This document shows, one piece after another, positions 58,752 through 64,000 of a DNA stretch of 64,000 bases. The position numbers were made by a program, and so were the translations under genes. Every line of letters starts with the position of its first letter. The stretch's first letter is position 1. The stretch comes from Chrysomallon squamiferum (lineage: Eukaryota; Animalia; Mollusca), in assembly GCA_012295275.1 (NCBI GenBank), contig CM022670.1, positions 34,224,001 to 34,288,000 on the forward strand. Reading direction: 5' to 3'. The notes beneath the pieces are model-generated. The model was given only the letters and a program-made list of their open reading frames with translations, ran no database searches and was not told the DNA's origin.

Positions 58752-59862
58752 TTACAAAACTCAAAAATAAACCTAGATTTGAAACATTTCCAGCAGTTAA
58801 TTACGTGTTATTATATCATCTGAATGATCGATACTCAGAATTTGTCAGAACAGGATTACAAGTTTTTACTAGTTTCTGAACCTCCAGCAGCCTTGGGTTT
58901 TCGTGAGTAATTAAAATCTGCCATTCAACCTTCTTACATCACTGCAGCGATTGTATTCGATTCTAGAAATACTTCTTTGGTGCAAACTGGCATTAAATAA
59001 AGACAGCCGGTTATTAGTGGTGTCGTAACCTTTCGGAAAGTTGTAGTTATGACGTAATTCTAGTATTTATATCCTCGTGTACAACAAAGACGATCGCTGG
59101 TAATGAAGCACGTTTCTGTAAATTAAACACGCGTTATAAAACAGTAGTGAAAGTGCTGAAACTTCGTCAGAGTCGCGAGTTTTATGGATAACGACAAAAC
59201 GGACGCTTAGAGTCTCCGCCACGCTAACAAGATGGTGGTTTATTGTTTCTTTTATTGCTCGCCTACCACATCAAAAAGCGACGAGTAAATAATCTCCCTT
59301 TATAACTATACACAAGATTCAATAATTCTCGTGTTTATTAAATTTCATTTCTGTTTCGTGTTACGCATTCTGTCGATATAAACGTCAGTTAAGCGGCTTG
59401 GCTAATTTTTCTTTTATCTATTAACAAATAAACATTAGCGCCAGAATAAACGAAACGTGATACTACGTTTCGTGTCATTGGTATTAGTTGAGCGTGCAAA
59501 ACGTGCAGTAAATTTAATGTCACAAATGTAAGAGGTTAAAATGTTTAGGCCAGTGTAGAGTAACATTTAGAGTTAAGGTTCATTACATGACATTCCGTTT
59601 CATTTGGGTTTTTTTTTTTTTTTTTTTTTTAATAATAATAATTATTACTTCCCCACCACAACCACAGAAATACCTCCACATAAAATGAAATAATAAAAAA
59701 ATGTTTCAAATGATTTGGGAAGGCACATACAGCAGGAGACAAAAACACAAATTTTGTGCTTGGTATCATTATGATCTGTGTATCCTTCTGCATGGGATAG
59801 CATTTGAATCTGATGTGTTTGATCTATATCTAGTGTACGTTCATTAAGTTAAACGTACGATA

Positions 59863-59922
<60 letters not shown>

Positions 59923-60891
59923 TATTACTATTATTATTATATGCATATGTTTTTTTTTCTTCTCTTTCCCACTTTTTTTAGACAAAGGCTGAGATATTTT
60001 TACGAGTGTTTTATTATGCATATTTAATTTAGAGAAATGTGTTTCATTACCTGCGACTGCTTTTAATGTACAGAAGAATACAATACCATAATCGTACACA
60101 CACACATACACATAGACAAACAAACATTTCTTCAGATTTTTTTAATGAATGTATACAAAGATTTCATCGTTATTAACAACACACTATAATCGTCATCATC
60201 GTCATTATTATCAGTGTTATTATTATTATTAATGTTGTTGTTGTTGTTGTTGTTGTTGTTGTAGCTATGAATGCTAGTTTATCTTTACATTTGATCGATA
60301 AATCATCCGTCCATCTTTACAAAATTATAAACCTGTTCAAAGTGCACAAGCAAGGCGTGTTCTATTTGGGCTGAAGAAATGCCATAGTCAAATGAATGCA
60401 CATAACAAACACATTACTGTCATTTCTTTTCTTTTCATTTTTTTTTCCCCGTCTGCACACAACCTTTACCAGATGGTGCTGTATTTTACAATCTACATGA
60501 TTGCGCAGTCTGACAAATTTCCGAATGCTGCTAATGTCAGAATTCCATAATGTATGACTACCTGTTTGGACCATCCGTGTTTATATTGGCCGTCTGCTTA
60601 GCAGACGACTTTGTGTAGGGCACTGAGGAGGAATTTACATAAATTACAAACAGCTGTAAAAAGGTAAAGAGAAGGGCCTGTGTGAGTGAAATATATACGT
60701 TTCATCTTTTTAAAAAGCCTGTTATTTGTGTTAAGAAAATTCGACATAGCATGAATCGTGTTTACTTGGGGCAGTAAAAAGAATTTCTCTGTTATTTTTT
60801 TTTTCTTTTCTTTAAACGTAAATCGAAAATGAAATACATCCTGCAGTGTCTCTGCAACGAAGTAACAATAACAAGCGACAATAACGTAACC

Positions 60892-60943
<52 letters not shown>

Positions 60944-61902
60944 TAATAATAATAAAAATAACAATAATAATAATAATAGCAACAACATATTTTTCTACTA
61001 TATGTATATTTTTTTCTTTATATTAGATATGGGGATTACCGATTTTGATATGAAATTTTAGAGTATTTTCATAACTGTTTTGTTAGTTTGTCGTGATTTC
61101 AGTTTCTAAAACTCTTCTCATTTCACTAATAGGACATTTCCATTATTATACATCTATCAGCGAACAGACAAAGACCTAATTTTTAAATATTTAACAGCAG
61201 GTATTAAAAATGTATCACTTTAATTTCCTTACATTAAGATCAGTAGAGAAAAATACCATTATCGCTATGGTGTAAATAAAACAGGAGAAAAAGACAGTTG
61301 TGTGTTCACGCTACGTTGTATTGTAGAAACCGCTAGCAACATTCCATGATTAAAACACTGTAAGGATCTTAGCTAAATACCAGTTGTATTTCTATCGAGT
61401 TTATACACAGTATATCTGTACTTATTGTGTACTTTTATTTATTTTTTGTGTGTGTGTACGGAATAACTGACTGGTTGTGATATATCACACATCTACATAA
61501 TCATCATCAACAATATACTTTTCTTATTTTTTTAGTTTTTCAGTTTATAATTTTTTTTTTTTTTTTTTTTTTTTTTTCTTATCGTTATTTTAATTTACAT
61601 TTGAAGAGGTTTTAAAAGCTCACGCGACAGGACGCAAGAATTAAAGACAAAATACCAAATAGGACGAATCCCTTTAACAACAGGAAATAACCTGCCTGAA
61701 AGCTACGAAAACATTTATTAGCCGCACAGTTGTTTATATCCGACACGCAGAAGAAAATTAATCTATCACAACTGACAGACAGATATGTCTGTCAGAGAAT
61801 TGGACGTGAGCAGTACACAGCTCCACACAACTTGTTTTAACACTCGCAGAAACCCCGCAAGTGTGGATTAACTATGAGGAAGTAAATATGTGCAACACAG
61901 GT

Positions 61903-62410
<508 letters not shown>

Positions 62411-64000
62411 GAATTAACAGATTAAGAAATATAGTTAATATGAACATAGGATTAATTTCTAGAAACTTACAGTTAATAAACAAAAACATTCAATTAATAT
62501 CCTGGAACATGCAGAGCACATTCAGTTAATATCCAGAAACATAAAGCTAATATCGAGGGACAAACAGCAGTCATGGACGAATTAAATATGGAAATATAGA
62601 TACATAGCTAACAAAGAGAGACTGGCGACATTTGATTAACACAACCATTCAGTTAAGACAGATGAAGACTTGCAGATGAAAAAAATGAAGAAGATCTGAG
62701 AATCGGAAGACGAGGATATAAAACAAAAGTGTATAGGGACAAAGATAAGACGAAAGAGCGACGATGAATTCGAATATACGGCATTAGTATTGAAATGTAT
62801 ATTAAATACGTATTATGTTTGTTTTTACACAGGGAATCTGAACGTAGATGTGATTTCTGACATTGTTAGTCCTATTTCGCTCTAATTTATTTTTTCTCGT
62901 CTACGGTAAGGTGCACATCTGGTAGCATGATTCTTTCCTGGTACAAATACTACATCTGGCACATAATAATCATTAATCTTACAGTGTGTTGAAGCATCGT
63001 TAAATTTTCTTTCATTCATACGTGTAACGTATCAAAACAGATTTTTTTTTAAAATTTTATTTTTTTATAGTGTCTAAATGTAACTTGCCTCTCGTCAACC
63101 GGTTAACTTTAACGCCTGGACTACGTCACTATCTAGCAAAAGCATTTTCTGTGAAAGGAGCCGTTTGTGCCAAAGTGACTGGAGAGCTCAATTAACGAGT
63201 TGCCAGCCGCGCTTATTACAAGCGATATTTGTGACTCGCGAACAATTCGTCAATTTGCTGCAAAATCCCGCTACAATGCGAGAAACCAGGTTACGAGTGT
63301 TTGTCTGTTGTTGTCAAGTTAATTGAAGCCATCTTGTCTGAGTCGTGTGGCTGAGTGAATTGTTGTTGTGTTTGTAACTCAATTATCTCCGCTGTTTTTT
63401 TATCAGCTGTGCAATAATAATAAATTACGCGGTGTCGATTCAAATGTTAGATTCCTTTCTCCATTGACTGCTACCTCAATTATCCATCGTTATTTCTGAT
63501 TTCTGCACTTTCCATAAGGTATGTTTTCTTGTGTATGAGAAGGTCTATAATTCTGCTTATCGATGATTACAACTGGAGGAGAAGAAATAGCAAGTTTCCC
63601 CTTTCGTGTATTCATTATACAAAAAATATAATATATATATAAATATAAAAAATTATCAATATCTAAATAATAAATTATACGTATTGAAAAAGTTATTCAT
63701 TCATTTGTATTGTCAAAAGATGGGAACAACGCATATATAAAGGGCGTTTTTAAAAAAATACATTGAAGTTCGATACTATTAGCATTGTTCTTCTTGCTGA
63801 TGTAAGTTCTGAAAAGTCTACAAAGATTCGGGAACGCTTGACGTAACGTAAAAATTACGTTTTTCCCTGATCTTGGTTACGTTAACTTTCATCCTACATT
63901 AAAATATTACAGAAAAGGAAGATTTCGCTCAGTAGTAATTGTACCATAAATTCAAACTGCTAGACACATCCATCCTACTTGTTTCTCTGAATGCACATGT

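Noticed and set aside
59450-61795. Short perfect inverted repeats (ACGAAACGT..ACGTTTCGT at about 59450; CGTCTGC-TTA-GCAGACG at about 60591; CTGACAGACA..TGTCTGTCAG at about 61772)
   Set aside because: Stems of 7-10 bp are expected occasionally in 64 kb, and none has a Helitron CTRR end or other supporting context.

Overview
AT-rich, microsatellite-dense animal genomic DNA with spliceosomal introns, probably a mollusc or other lophotrochozoan (inference). Splicing exons by hand gives four multi-exon genes. (1) The 3' part of a SYCP2-like synaptonemal complex gene with a C-terminal Cor1/SYCP3-type coiled coil (+, 3-6134). (2) A complete RB1CC1/FIP200 autophagy scaffold with 24 coding exons (-, 9010-28196). 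(3) A complete COX5B (-, 31406-33654). (4) The TM3-end to C-terminal part of a class A peptide-type GPCR (-, 45783-51666), whose 5' exons were not found in the window. Between COX5B and the GPCR lie a hAT-type MITE with an 8-bp TSD and decayed Mutator and hAT transposase fragments. Most ORF-track entries are microsatellite artefacts. I found no new multi-gene system. The most interesting signals concern splicing: an in-frame 21-nt candidate microexon in RB1CC1 with an upstream UGC motif, a 41-bp minisatellite made of about 30 copies of an RB1CC1 splice donor, a U12-type intron in SYCP2, and a candidate cassette exon in GPCR loop ICL3. There is also a sharp CpG-depletion boundary near 28.6 kb and two single-base frameshifts that are probably assembly errors.
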